From positions 155,624 through 219,623 of the forward strand of contig CAITGV010000001.1 of the NCBI GenBank assembly GCA_903892035.1: a stretch of 64,000 bases of DNA. The letters run 5' to 3'. The stretch is from an uncultured bacterium (GTDB lineage Bacteria; Patescibacteriota; Minisyncoccia; Phycocordibacterales; UBA9973). Positions 45,905 through 55,459 of the stretch are shown here, piece after piece (positions within the stretch are counted from its first letter, which is position 1; every line of letters begins with the position of its first letter). The translations under genes were made by a program, and so were the position numbers. A model generated the notes under the pieces. That model saw only the letters and a program-made list of their open reading frames with translations. It was not told the DNA's origin and made no database searches.

Positions 45905-46327
45905 TTATTTTTTATCAGCTTTAGGGCGTTTTGCTCCATAACGACTTCGAGCCTTGCGACGCTTGTCGACTCCTGTAGCATCGAGCACACCGCGGACGAT
46001 GTGGTAACGAACTCCAATAAGGTCTTTCACACGTCCTCCGCGTAGCATTACGACAGAGTGTTCTTGCAAATTGTGGCCCATACCTGGAATATATGCTGTG
46101 ACTTCCATACCATTTGTAAGGCGTACACGAGCTATTTTACGTAGAGCTGAGTTAGGTTTCTTTGGTGTAGTTGTAGTTACTTTTGTACATACTCCTCTTT
46201 TGAAAGGAGCTGGATAGTACACTGGGCGATTTTTTAGAGCATTGAATCCACGAGCAAGAGCAACCGCTTTTGATTTGCGGACAACTTTCTTTCTTCCCTT
46301 TTTTACTAGCTGATTTATTGATGGCAT
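45905..46327 (-). CDS. rpsL: 30S ribosomal protein S12
   Basis: Pattern ([10 protein letters not shown]...VRL.NG). Confidence 0.95.
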   Translation of the reverse strand: MPSINQLVKKGRKKVVRKSKAVALARGFNALKNRPVYYPAPFKRGVCTKVTTTTPKKPNSALRKIARVRLTNGMEVTAYIPGMGHNLQEHSVVMLRGGRVKDLIGVRYHIVRGVLDATGVDKRRKARSRYGAKRPKADKK

Positions 46328-46376
46328 ATAACAGGAGTCATACTAACAAATAGGTAGAAATTGTCAAATTTATATT

Positions 46377-48146
46377 TTAGACTTTAAAGATTTGCTTCAA
46401 AATTCCTTCTTTGACTGTGACATTTATAAACTTCGTAGCTTTTAAATAAGTGCCATCATCATTCTTTTTATCAACACCAATCGAGTAGTTTCCATTTGGT
46501 AAAAGGAAATAATAATTTCCTGTTCTGTCTGCTACATGGTGAGCAATCTCAGAACCGTCGGCGGTTGAATATGCACGAACGATTGCAAAAGGAGATGGCT
46601 CTTCAGTTACAATTTCCACAACAGATCCAAGTGTTTTTGGTTTAATTCCAATTTCCTTCAAAATAAATAACAGAAGGTAAAGAGCGAAAACAACAATATT
46701 GTATGTCACAGGGTAAACAAGAAAAGCTATAAATGCTAGTGATAAACCTACATAGAAAAGAATATTTGAAATATGGAAAAGAAGTCTGTCATGCTTTGTG
46801 TAAAAACGCATTAGTTTCTTTTTGCTTTTTATAAATTCATTCCAATTAAAATTAACTGGATCCATCGGAATATTTTTTGCAATAACATCACCGTCAAATT
46901 TTATATAATCTCCCCAATAAAGATTGTCGTAAAGTTCATCTTTACTCTCGCCGGCAAGAATTTCAGATGGGAAAATATAATTGTCTTTATGTGCTACCAT
47001 TTTATAAATTCCATGGGGAACCTTGAAACCATATCGTCCATCGATGTCGGTAATAGCCGAAGCAACTTCATTTCCTTCAAGATCTTGCAGTGAAAGATAA
47101 ACAGGATCAAGAGGCTGTTTGGTAATTGAATCGTATACAGTTCCCCATGGTTTCTTTTTCAAACCAAAAGCTGCAAGAAGTAGAGAAAATAATCGGAGAG
47201 GAATAAAAAATATTTCTCCAATTGAAAGTGGATTTAAAAATAATAGAGATCCGAGTGTGACAAGCGTAGAAAAGAGAAGCGTAAAAGTAGTCGTGGCCTT
47301 TATCGGAATACTTAAATCTGGATTCGTAATAATACAAACAATTTGAGACCAAAGGTCATTACTGCAACTACCCCCACCTCCAGATCCACCTCCTGAACTT
47401 GAACCACCTCCACTTGAACTTCCTCCGCCTGAACTAGAACCTCCGCTACTACTTCCTCCTCCCGAGCTTGAGCCACCACTTGAACTACCACTAGAACTAC
47501 TTCCTCCCGAGCTTGAGCCACCACCGCTTGAACTTCCTCCACTACTACCTCCCGAACTAGAACCTCCTCCACTTGAGCCACCACTGGAACTGCCACCGGA
47601 ACTACTTCCTCCTGAGCTTGAGCCACCACCGCTCGAGCTTCCTCCGCCTGAACTAGAACTACTACTTCCTGCTGGTCTCCAATCTGTATTTACACATGCA
47701 TCTATAAGCGAGCAGTCAAAGTGAATCCATCCTGCATTTTCTGACCAAGCGAAGCCTTGAAAATTTCCTGTAGATGTATCAATATTTACTCCGCCTTGTG
47801 TTGGTGCAAAATTTATCCAGCCTAAATTTTCCCCCCAAGCATTTCCACCCAAAACCCCACCCGTAGTATTTGTCACACCACCTTGTGCAGGATTTAAATT
47901 TATCCAACCCCAATTTTCAGACCAAATATATCCAGTTACGGCAGTATCCGAAACTGAAACTGGGGTTCCATTTGATGTTATGAAATTTATTTTATTATAT
48001 GTAGTACAAGCATCATTTGTACACAAACGTGCAGTCTGGCTACCGGAAGTTATTGAGCCAGGATTTGCAGCGTGTGCTGTACCCGTTAAAATTAAATACA
48101 AAAAAACTATTAGAGGTAAAAGTTTTTTTAAAATACGCCAAAGCAT
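46377..48146 (-). CDS. surface/membrane protein with W-rich repeats, long Gly/Ser linker, TM segments and carboxypeptidase-regulatory-like domains
   Basis: Signal peptide; three (Y/F)(I/A)WSEN(W/A)GWI(N/H)(L/F) repeats; ~100-aa (GGS)n linker; TM helices; two CarboxypepD_reg-like beta-sandwich segments. Confidence 0.5.
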   Translation of the reverse strand: MLWRILKKLLPLIVFLYLILTGTAHAANPGSITSGSQTARLCTNDACTTYNKINFITSNGTPVSVSDTAVTGYIWSENWGWINLNPAQGGVTNTTGGVLGGNAWGENLGWINFAPTQGGVNIDTSTGNFQGFAWSENAGWIHFDCSLIDACVNTDWRPAGSSSSSSGGGSSSGGGSSSGGSSSGGSSSGGSSGGGSSSGGSSGGSSSGGGSSSGGSSSSGSSSGGSSSGGGSSSGGSSSGGGSSSGGGSSSGGGSGGGGSCSNDLWSQIVCIITNPDLSIPIKATTTFTLLFSTLVTLGSLLFLNPLSIGEIFFIPLRLFSLLLAAFGLKKKPWGTVYDSITKQPLDPVYLSLQDLEGNEVASAITDIDGRYGFKVPHGIYKMVAHKDNYIFPSEILAGESKDELYDNLYWGDYIKFDGDVIAKNIPMDPVNFNWNEFIKSKKKLMRFYTKHDRLLFHISNILFYVGLSLAFIAFLVYPVTYNIVVFALYLLLFILKEIGIKPKTLGSVVEIVTEEPSPFAIVRAYSTADGSEIAHHVADRTGNYYFLLPNGNYSIGVDKKNDDGTYLKATKFINVTVKEGILKQIFKV

Positions 48147-48164
48147 ATTTAAATAATAGCACAT

Positions 48165-48848
48165 TTATGAAACAGAAATTCCAGTCAATAAATGAAAAAG
48201 TGAATAAATCACCGGACCAATAAATCTCCAGAGGAAAAAAACAAAAATTACCAAAAAGAAAACTCCAAATCGTTCGATATAATTTTGTAAGTGTCGCAAA
48301 CGAGCAGGTAAAAATGAAAAAAGAATTTTTGAACCATCAAGTGGTGGAATTGGCACAAGATTGAAAACAGCTAAAACAACATTTACTAAAACTACAGTAC
48401 TAGCAAAATAGAAAAACGAAAGTGTGTGAATTCCAAGTGATGGTGATATACGAATTAAAATAGAAAAAATTATTGCTACACAGAGATTCGCAATTATTCC
48501 TGCTGAAGCAACAATTGCAGACCCCCATCTTTGATTATTTAAATTTCTTTCATTATAAGGTACTGGCTTGGCCCAACCAAAAACAAAACCGGCATGTGTG
48601 AGCACAAGTATTGCTGGAATTATCACAGATCCAAGTGGATCGAGGTGTTTTAGGGGATTTAATGTAAGTCGGCCGGAAGCTTTTGCCGTATTGTCTCCAA
48701 GTAAATATGCCGCGTAGCCGTGAGAGACTTCGTGGATGACAACTGACATTATAAGTACGGCTACATAAAAGATTGCGTCTGTGGTTTGCATAAATATACT
48801 TTGTATGATAACATACGAAGCACTTAAATAGAATATTATATATGGCAA
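48165..48848 (-). CDS. site-2 protease family (peptidase M50) protein
   Basis: HEVSHG zinc motif in a TM helix and a second LDG motif; polytopic. Confidence 0.7.
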   Translation of the reverse strand: MPYIIFYLSASYVIIQSIFMQTTDAIFYVAVLIMSVVIHEVSHGYAAYLLGDNTAKASGRLTLNPLKHLDPLGSVIIPAILVLTHAGFVFGWAKPVPYNERNLNNQRWGSAIVASAGIIANLCVAIIFSILIRISPSLGIHTLSFFYFASTVVLVNVVLAVFNLVPIPPLDGSKILFSFLPARLRHLQNYIERFGVFFLVIFVFFLWRFIGPVIYSLFHLLTGISVS

Positions 48849-49087
48849 AAGTCTGCGACATAACTAAAAAAGGTTCTCTAATGGCGGGTGGTTACTCGAA
48901 TCGTACTCGTGCGACAAAGTTCAACCCTACAGGCATGAAGAGAAAATACCCAAATCTTCAGAAAAAGAAGGTTTTTGTGGCTGAACTCGGCAAAACTTTC
49001 AACCTTACAATCTCAACCGAAGCTATCAAAACAATCAACAAAAACGGCGCTTACGCCACCCTCAAAAAAGCCGGTATCATCAAATAA
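48842..49087 (+). CDS. rpmB: 50S ribosomal protein L28
   Basis: MAKVCDITKK...G...S....T.R.F.PN pattern. Confidence 0.75.
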   Translation: MAKVCDITKKGSLMAGGYSNRTRATKFNPTGMKRKYPNLQKKKVFVAELGKTFNLTISTEAIKTINKNGAYATLKKAGIIK

Positions 49088-49113
49088 AAATCCCTCATAG
49101 CGAGGGATTTTTA
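49086..49113 (+). terminator. intrinsic terminator after rpmB
   Basis: AAAAAUCCCUC-AUAGC-GAGGGAUUUUU. Confidence 0.8.
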
Positions 49114-49119
49114 TTTTGT

Positions 49120-49626
49120 CTAAAGAGGATATTTTTCTTCATTTATCCAATCTTGTTCACATTGTGCTTGTGTACCACGAAACCAAGTTATTCCCGGAGC
49201 AAGTAAAGTTCCTGCTGGCAATGGACCTCGGTGCATACATTCATATACAAAATCACTTCTTTGTTTTTCATATAAAGCCTGACAGGATTGTTTGGTGGGA
49301 GGATTAGTATATGCATACACATACTGTTGTTCTGTAATTTCCGTTGGACCATTTTTAGTATAATATTTTCCATCTTGTTTATAATATTCACCGCGAGAAC
49401 CAGTTGGCAACAGAGCACCTTGATCACAATAACCGATTATAAATGAGATAGGTTCCTCGATAAAATTATCTTTTTTTGTTATTTGCTGAATAGGATTAGG
49501 ATTTGAATTTTGGTTTGGTATTGGACCGGAATTATTTATGCTCTTCAGAAAAGTAAAATAACCCATAAAAACAACAGCAATCAAGAGAAAAATCATTAGG
49601 TGATTAGTTTTATTTTGTATATTCAT
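49120..49626 (-). CDS. membrane-anchored secreted Cys-containing hypothetical protein
   Basis: N-terminal TM anchor and an ectodomain with 6 Cys. Confidence 0.45.
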   Translation of the reverse strand: MNIQNKTNHLMIFLLIAVVFMGYFTFLKSINNSGPIPNQNSNPNPIQQITKKDNFIEEPISFIIGYCDQGALLPTGSRGEYYKQDGKYYTKNGPTEITEQQYVYAYTNPPTKQSCQALYEKQRSDFVYECMHRGPLPAGTLLAPGITWFRGTQAQCEQDWINEEKYPL

Positions 49627-49716
49627 ATTATATCAGACGTTTAGAGGTATCGAATATTACACCCTCTTAATCTCAATGTATTATACCCAAAATCGCGATA
49701 GCGTAAAATGGGTATA

Positions 49717-50208
49717 CTACTTTTGACCATATCCTTTCGCTAATTTAAATGTTTTGAAGCTATCTCCCAACTTTATTTCTTCCACATAATCAAGAAATTC
49801 TTTTGGTAAAGGTGAGGGTCCAACCCAAACACTTTTTTGGATCATTACGAAATGAAACTTTTTCAAATGAAAACGAAACCAGTCTCTTTCTTTTTTCATA
49901 CTTTGCGGAATATCATATATTACGAGCAAATTTTTTGGTAAATTTTTATCAACCTCAATATTTAGCTTTTTTAAAAAATCTCTTCCACTTTCTAAAAACT
50001 CAAGTCCTTTATAAGTAATAAAATATTCACCTTTTTGTGTTCTTTTAATAAATCCCTTCTTCTGTAAAAGTGACGCATTGTTCGCGAGTGTTTGAAACTT
50101 ATGATGCTTAAAATCGGGTAAACCAAATAGCCCGACTCGCACGCCTTTGTATCTAAGCACGTGTTTATCTTTTGCTAAATATTTCAATATCTCTCTTTCT
50201 ACACTCAT
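49717..50208 (-). CDS. wHTH plus PaaX-C-like (Cas2-fold) domain protein
   Basis: C-terminal LLVIYDIPQ..KKERDWFRFHLKKFHFVMIQKSVWVGP resembles the PaaX C-terminal / Cas2-like fold; the N-terminal ~80 aa are wHTH-like. Confidence 0.3.
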   Translation of the reverse strand: MSVEREILKYLAKDKHVLRYKGVRVGLFGLPDFKHHKFQTLANNASLLQKKGFIKRTQKGEYFITYKGLEFLESGRDFLKKLNIEVDKNLPKNLLVIYDIPQSMKKERDWFRFHLKKFHFVMIQKSVWVGPSPLPKEFLDYVEEIKLGDSFKTFKLAKGYGQK

Positions 50209-50313
50209 ATCTAATATATTATCAAACTTACCGAAAAAACGCCATGGCGTTTTTTCGGTAAGTAGTATTCTGTATATATTAGAAATATTTTACATAATAT
50301 TATTTCTTTCGTG

Positions 50314-51186
50314 CTAATTTTCTAAGATAGGTTTACCTCCAACAGAATCAAAAATTATATTACCTTTTTGGAATGTGATGAGATAGGGTATCGAAAATGA
50401 ATCGAGGCGGTTGAGAACTTCTTTGTGCGGGTGACCGTACTTGTTGTTAAGGCCAGCAGAAATTACTGCGTATGATGGAGCGACCGTAGAAAGCCATTCA
50501 CTACTAGATGAGGTCTTGGAACCATGATGGCCCAATTTTAAAATATCAGATTTCAAATCATTTTGTGAATTTTCAGCAAGAACAATATCTTCAGTTTTTA
50601 CTGTTGCATCCCCCATCATCATATACGAACTATTTCCATATGTGATACGCCCAACTATCGAACCATCATTTGTAGTCCAGGACGACACATCTCTGTCTGG
50701 AAATAAAATATGAAAGACAACATTGTTTTTCTGATCAAGAATAATATTCATTCCCCTTCGAGCAATAATTTTAGGAATTTTTTTCTCAGCGATTAAATTT
50801 TCAAGTGATGCATAGGTTTGAGAATTTGAAATTGTCCCAGGCTCAAGGATTGCGCCAACATTGTAATTTTTTATTATATTTAGGAATCCATAGTAATGGT
50901 CTTTGTCTGGATTTGTCACCACGAGGATATTTATCGAGCGATTACCAAAAGGCATAAGCTCTGCAAGCCGAGTTGTGGTGAGATTTGTAGGTCCGCCGTC
51001 AATAATCATTTGATTGCCATTTGGAGCTTCGACGTAAATAGAATCCCCTTGACCGATGTCCATATATGCTACTTTTAAATTTTTAGAATTATTATTTTTT
51101 TCAGTAAAAGCAAAATAGCTTACTACTAATGATGAGAGGAGTAAGATGGCAATCAAATATTCCAACTGCCCTTTTTTGTACATCAT
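50314..51186 (-). CDS. ComEC/Rec2-related MBL-fold metallo-hydrolase (stand-alone beta-lactamase-like domain with N-terminal TM)
   Basis: YMDIGQGDS...DGGP, HPDKDH, GHHGS motifs typical of the ComEC C-terminal MBL domain. Confidence 0.7.
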   Translation of the reverse strand: MMYKKGQLEYLIAILLLSSLVVSYFAFTEKNNNSKNLKVAYMDIGQGDSIYVEAPNGNQMIIDGGPTNLTTTRLAELMPFGNRSINILVVTNPDKDHYYGFLNIIKNYNVGAILEPGTISNSQTYASLENLIAEKKIPKIIARRGMNIILDQKNNVVFHILFPDRDVSSWTTNDGSIVGRITYGNSSYMMMGDATVKTEDIVLAENSQNDLKSDILKLGHHGSKTSSSSEWLSTVAPSYAVISAGLNNKYGHPHKEVLNRLDSFSIPYLITFQKGNIIFDSVGGKPILEN

Positions 51187-52715
51187 TCAAATTCTGTTGT
51201 TGCCGGCGGCTTTGGTGTCATGTCAAAAAGTACGCGTACAATTTCTTTATGTTGAGTGAGCGCACTAGTAATTTCATTTACAACATTTTCTGGGAAATAA
51301 TACCCTTGGGCTGTCATAAAATCTATCGTCTTTACTGCGCGTACAAGCAGAGAGTAACCATAGACTCTTTCATCCCCTTTCACCCCGACAGATTGAATAC
51401 CAATAAGACAAACTACGAGTTGAGAAATTTCTTTTTCCAAATTATGTTTTTTTACAATTTCTGTCACTGTGTTATCTGCCATACGAACTAAAGAAATATA
51501 ATCTTTTGAAACTGGTACACCGACTACACGCAAATAAAGTCCAGGACCCGGAAAAGGATTTCTTTCATAAACTTCCTTTGGAAGATTTAATGTTCGAGCG
51601 ATTTCACGAACTTCATATTTAAATAAATTTCTAAATGGATGCAGATCATCGACACTCCATAAAAGTCCGACATTGTGATGAGTTTTTATAAGAGCCGATT
51701 TTCCAGCTTCTCCGCTTTCTATAATATCAGTCGCAAGTGTGCCTTGAATCATAAAACCTGCATTGTGTTTCAAAATTTGCTCTTCAAAAATTTTACTGTA
51801 AACTTCACGAAACTTTCCACGTTTTTCCTGAGCATCTGTCGTCGTAGAAATATTTTTTATAAATTCATCCTCGGCTGAAATTACCACGAGGTTACTCACA
51901 TGAGCACTCTTTGCATTTATTTTTAATTCCGCTAGTTCACCTTCACGTAGTCCTCCAGTGTCGATTGCCACACATACGAGCTTGTCTCCAAGAACCGGAG
52001 CGAGCAATGCTGCAAGAGTGGTAGAATCCACTCCACCAGAAAGTCCGAGAATAACATTTTTACCTAGAGACGTATTTACCACGTCTAAAACTTCTTTTTG
52101 AATTTCTTTTATTATATTTGTTGGATTCCAATCAATTTTTGTTTCGCAAATATTCAAAAAATTCTGCAAAATTTTCTTTCCTTCTTTTGTATCAACGACT
52201 TCAGGGTGAAACTGAATACCTAAAATTCTGTTTTCCGCATCGGTCATAGCTGCATAACCTTTTGTTGTACCTATAGAATGAAAACCTTTTGGCAATTCTT
52301 TCACAGTATCTCCGTGGCTCGCCCATACTTGCGTTTGTTGTTCTACCCCCAAAAATAGTGGGTGGTTTACATCGAGTGAAACCATCGCCGGACCGTATTC
52401 ACGATGCAGTAGTGGCCTATCTACTACTCCACCTAGGGTATGAGAAAGTAATTGCATACCGTAGCAAATACCAAGTACTGGGTATTTTACTCCTGATAAA
52501 TCAAGGTTTTCTGGTAGTTGTGGAGCATTCACATCATGCACACTGTGATGACTTCCAGACAAAATGACACCTTTTGGAGTGTTTTGAGATAAGAAATATA
52601 TAGCTTTTTCTGGTGGCAATATTGCACTTCGGACCCCTAGCTCTCTTAGAGTCCTGCCGATGACGAGAGTGTACTGTGAACCATAATCAACAATCAATAT
52701 TTGAATTTCATTCAT
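51183..52715 (-). CDS. guaA: GMP synthase (glutamine-hydrolysing)
   Basis: GATase1 (ILIVDYGSQY), ATP-PPase SGGVDS and C-terminal dimerisation domain. True start is MNEIQIL; the ORF tool's N-extension is rejected. Confidence 0.9.
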   Translation of the reverse strand: MNEIQILIVDYGSQYTLVIGRTLRELGVRSAILPPEKAIYFLSQNTPKGVILSGSHHSVHDVNAPQLPENLDLSGVKYPVLGICYGMQLLSHTLGGVVDRPLLHREYGPAMVSLDVNHPLFLGVEQQTQVWASHGDTVKELPKGFHSIGTTKGYAAMTDAENRILGIQFHPEVVDTKEGKKILQNFLNICETKIDWNPTNIIKEIQKEVLDVVNTSLGKNVILGLSGGVDSTTLAALLAPVLGDKLVCVAIDTGGLREGELAELKINAKSAHVSNLVVISAEDEFIKNISTTTDAQEKRGKFREVYSKIFEEQILKHNAGFMIQGTLATDIIESGEAGKSALIKTHHNVGLLWSVDDLHPFRNLFKYEVREIARTLNLPKEVYERNPFPGPGLYLRVVGVPVSKDYISLVRMADNTVTEIVKKHNLEKEISQLVVCLIGIQSVGVKGDERVYGYSLLVRAVKTIDFMTAQGYYFPENVVNEITSALTQHKEIVRVLFDMTPKPPATTEFE

Positions 52716-52751
52716 AGACTTATAATAGCAGAATTTGCTATACTTGCGAAT

Positions 52752-53345
52752 ATGGATAAATTTATTGCAAAAACTTTTGAAATTCCAGAGCTCGCAGGAA
52801 TCTCGAAAAAAAATATAGAAGAGCACTTAAAACTTTATGCGGGTTATGTTAAATTTGCAAATTACGCGCAAAACAAAATTGCAGAACTTTCAAAAGATAG
52901 TGAAAAAAATGCATATGAAATCGGCGAACTTTCTCGTCGTTTCGCTTTTGAATACGATGGAATGAGAAATCATGAAATATATTTCAGCCAATTTCAAAAT
53001 GGTTCGACTACGCTCACCACAGGTGGACTACTAAGCAAAGCAATAATTCAAGAATATGGTTCATTTGATAATTTTATTTCTAGAATGAAAAATTTGGCAA
53101 TGACTCGTGGTATCGGTTGGGCAATGCTTTATTATGATAAGGAAGCAAATAGTATATTAACTCAATGGGTAGATGAACAACACTTGGGACACTTACAAGG
53201 TCTAAAACCAATAATAGCAATAGATATGTGGGAGCACGCTTATGTCTACGACTACGCCACAAGTGAAAAGAAAAAATACGTTGAAGCTTTTTTTGTAAAT
53301 CTAAATTGGAATGTTGTAGAAGAAAATTTCAAATCTTTACTTTAG
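52752..53345 (+). CDS. sodA: Fe/Mn superoxide dismutase
   Basis: H...H...DMWEHAYY motifs; start at MDKFIAKTFEIPEL. Confidence 0.85.
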   Translation: MDKFIAKTFEIPELAGISKKNIEEHLKLYAGYVKFANYAQNKIAELSKDSEKNAYEIGELSRRFAFEYDGMRNHEIYFSQFQNGSTTLTTGGLLSKAIIQEYGSFDNFISRMKNLAMTRGIGWAMLYYDKEANSILTQWVDEQHLGHLQGLKPIIAIDMWEHAYVYDYATSEKKKYVEAFFVNLNWNVVEENFKSLL

Positions 53346-54807
53346 CTTTCTTTCCCCATATCCACCAAATATAATAACTATATATTATGACCATTATGAT
53401 AAATGGAAAGCTTTTTATTGCTACTGCAGAAAATGGTAAATTGGAAAATAAATGAATTATAAAAAGTTCATATTTGAGTAATGCATATGCAATATATGCA
53501 ACAAGTATTGAAAACATTTGAGAAATATACCCCAGAAAACCCACAACAAAACCAAAACCCATAGTAAGTGGCACAAGTGGTAGTACGAGCATATTCGCAG
53601 GTATTGCAACTATTGAAAGTACACCCATTTTATAAAGCAAAAATGGTAAAACAAATATATTTGTGGCTACTGTCGAGGAAATAACGTCGCGCATTTCCAT
53701 TTTTTCCGCAATAAAATAAAACCACGGTTTAACTTTTGGTGCTAAATACACAATACCAATTGTTGCAAGAAATGAAAGTTCAAATGAAACATCAAATACT
53801 AAAATTTTTGGATTCTGCAAAAGCATTAAAAATAAAGTAGCAAGAAGTGCACGATCGATATTATAATTTCTATTTGTAGCTCGGGCGAAAAGGGAAAGTA
53901 TTGCCATAATACTTGCGCGAATTACAGTCGCTCCGGCTCCAGTCATCAAAGCAAATAAAATAATTGTAAAAATTCCAAAACCAATTGAAAAAGTAACGGG
54001 TAAAATTAAATTTAAAACTTTCATTATTGCATTTGATACAATCGTGACATTGTAACCAGAAATCGCGACCATATGTATCGTACCTGTTCGCACGAAGTCA
54101 TTTGTGAGATCCTTACTAATTGTTTTTCTAGCACCTAAAATAAGGCCTCCCATAAATTGCCCAGTGTCACCTGGTAATACCCTGGAAACATTATTTAGAA
54201 AACTTTGCTTAAATTTGTATAATTTTTCTTTTATTACACTACCGTTGTGATGAGAAATAATTCTTACACTCGCTTTTGGTAAAGTGTAAAAAATATCATC
54301 CTTACCAAGATATGATATATAGTCAAAATCTTTTCCATAATCTGTCTGGAAATTTGTAGGCTTTGCTATTACACCGGAAATATCAACAGAGTCCCCGTAA
54401 GAAACATTACCTCCAAGTGGAACGCTTGCCAAAATTTGCGCATTTTCACCATTTGGAAATTTACCTTCAATTAAAATTTTTTCACTAAAATCTGTATCAT
54501 ATGTCTCGCTCGAAACAATACCAGTAATTTCTGTATTTTGACCAACATAAATATCTAGTGAATTTTTAATTTTCTCATCTGCAATGAAACTCCAATGAAA
54601 ACGCAATATACCAAGACTAATAAATAACAAAAACACTGCACTTAATATTACAAATTTACTTCTCGATATTAAAAAATAGTATAAAAAAATTCCTGCTGTT
54701 ATACAGAAACATAAAATAACTTCATAAGTCAAAAAAATAAATACAGAATGTAAAAATATTCCAAGTGTGAAACCAAAAACTATCACAAGAACAGTTTTTG
54801 CAGACAT
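53329..54807 (-). CDS. comEC: ComEC/Rec2 competence channel protein (DUF4131 plus competence domain, lacking the MBL domain)
   Basis: Polytopic protein with the Competence-domain pattern (HMVAISGYNVTIV). Confidence 0.7.
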   Translation of the reverse strand: MSAKTVLVIVFGFTLGIFLHSVFIFLTYEVILCFCITAGIFLYYFLISRSKFVILSAVFLLFISLGILRFHWSFIADEKIKNSLDIYVGQNTEITGIVSSETYDTDFSEKILIEGKFPNGENAQILASVPLGGNVSYGDSVDISGVIAKPTNFQTDYGKDFDYISYLGKDDIFYTLPKASVRIISHHNGSVIKEKLYKFKQSFLNNVSRVLPGDTGQFMGGLILGARKTISKDLTNDFVRTGTIHMVAISGYNVTIVSNAIMKVLNLILPVTFSIGFGIFTIILFALMTGAGATVIRASIMAILSLFARATNRNYNIDRALLATLFLMLLQNPKILVFDVSFELSFLATIGIVYLAPKVKPWFYFIAEKMEMRDVISSTVATNIFVLPFLLYKMGVLSIVAIPANMLVLPLVPLTMGFGFVVGFLGYISQMFSILVAYIAYALLKYELFIIHLFSNLPFSAVAIKSFPFIIMVIIYSYYIWWIWGKKAKVKI

Positions 54808-54898
54808 TATAATATTCTAACACAAAGAAAAAGCAGATTAACAAATTATGAGTCGCGTCGGAGCCCCCCCGTAGAGAGGATTAAGCACGAATAATTTG

Positions 54899-55426
54899 TT
54901 AATTTGCTTTGTATTTAAGATAGTTATCGATTGAGCCCACAAAAAGCATAGGTCTTTCGCCATCAGCAAAACTTGTAGCTATCACATCACATCTTTCATT
55001 GTCTTCAACCCCAGAGTGACCTGCAACTTTTTTCCAAGACAAATCTCGATCTAACTTAAATTTCATTGCAAGACCTAAAAGTTCTTTCCATAAATCTTGA
55101 TTTAAAACTTCTTTTTTATCTGCTGTCCGCCACCCATTTTTCTGCCATGAATAGACCCAAGTTGTAATACCATTTAATACATACGCAGAATCAGTATGAA
55201 CTATAATTGGCATTTTTTTTAATTCTTCTCTCTTGTCCACAAAATGCAGTGCCTCAATAGTAGCCCTGAGCTCCATTCTGTTGTTCGTCGTGTGAGCCTC
55301 TCTTCCACCCAGCTCCCAAACCTTCCCTTGGCCACCAGAGTTTTGGAACAAAACGACGGAGGCCCAACCTCCTGGACCCGGATTACCTTTTGATGAACCA
55401 TCTGTATAAATAATAATTTCTTTCAT
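54899..55426 (-). CDS. rnhA: ribonuclease HI
   Basis: IYTDGS...ELRA...HTDS...D catalytic DEDD pattern. Confidence 0.85.
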   Translation of the reverse strand: MKEIIIYTDGSSKGNPGPGGWASVVLFQNSGGQGKVWELGGREAHTTNNRMELRATIEALHFVDKREELKKMPIIVHTDSAYVLNGITTWVYSWQKNGWRTADKKEVLNQDLWKELLGLAMKFKLDRDLSWKKVAGHSGVEDNERCDVIATSFADGERPMLFVGSIDNYLKYKAN

Positions 55427-55459
55427 AAAAAATAGTATAACACTAAATATAATACATAT

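Noticed and set aside
47107-47629. Minus/plus ORFs 47107..47352, 47119..47346 and 47312..47629 and an apparent tandem DNA repeat
   Set aside because: They are artefacts of the (GGS)n coding tract inside the 46377..48146 gene; the repeat is coding low complexity.
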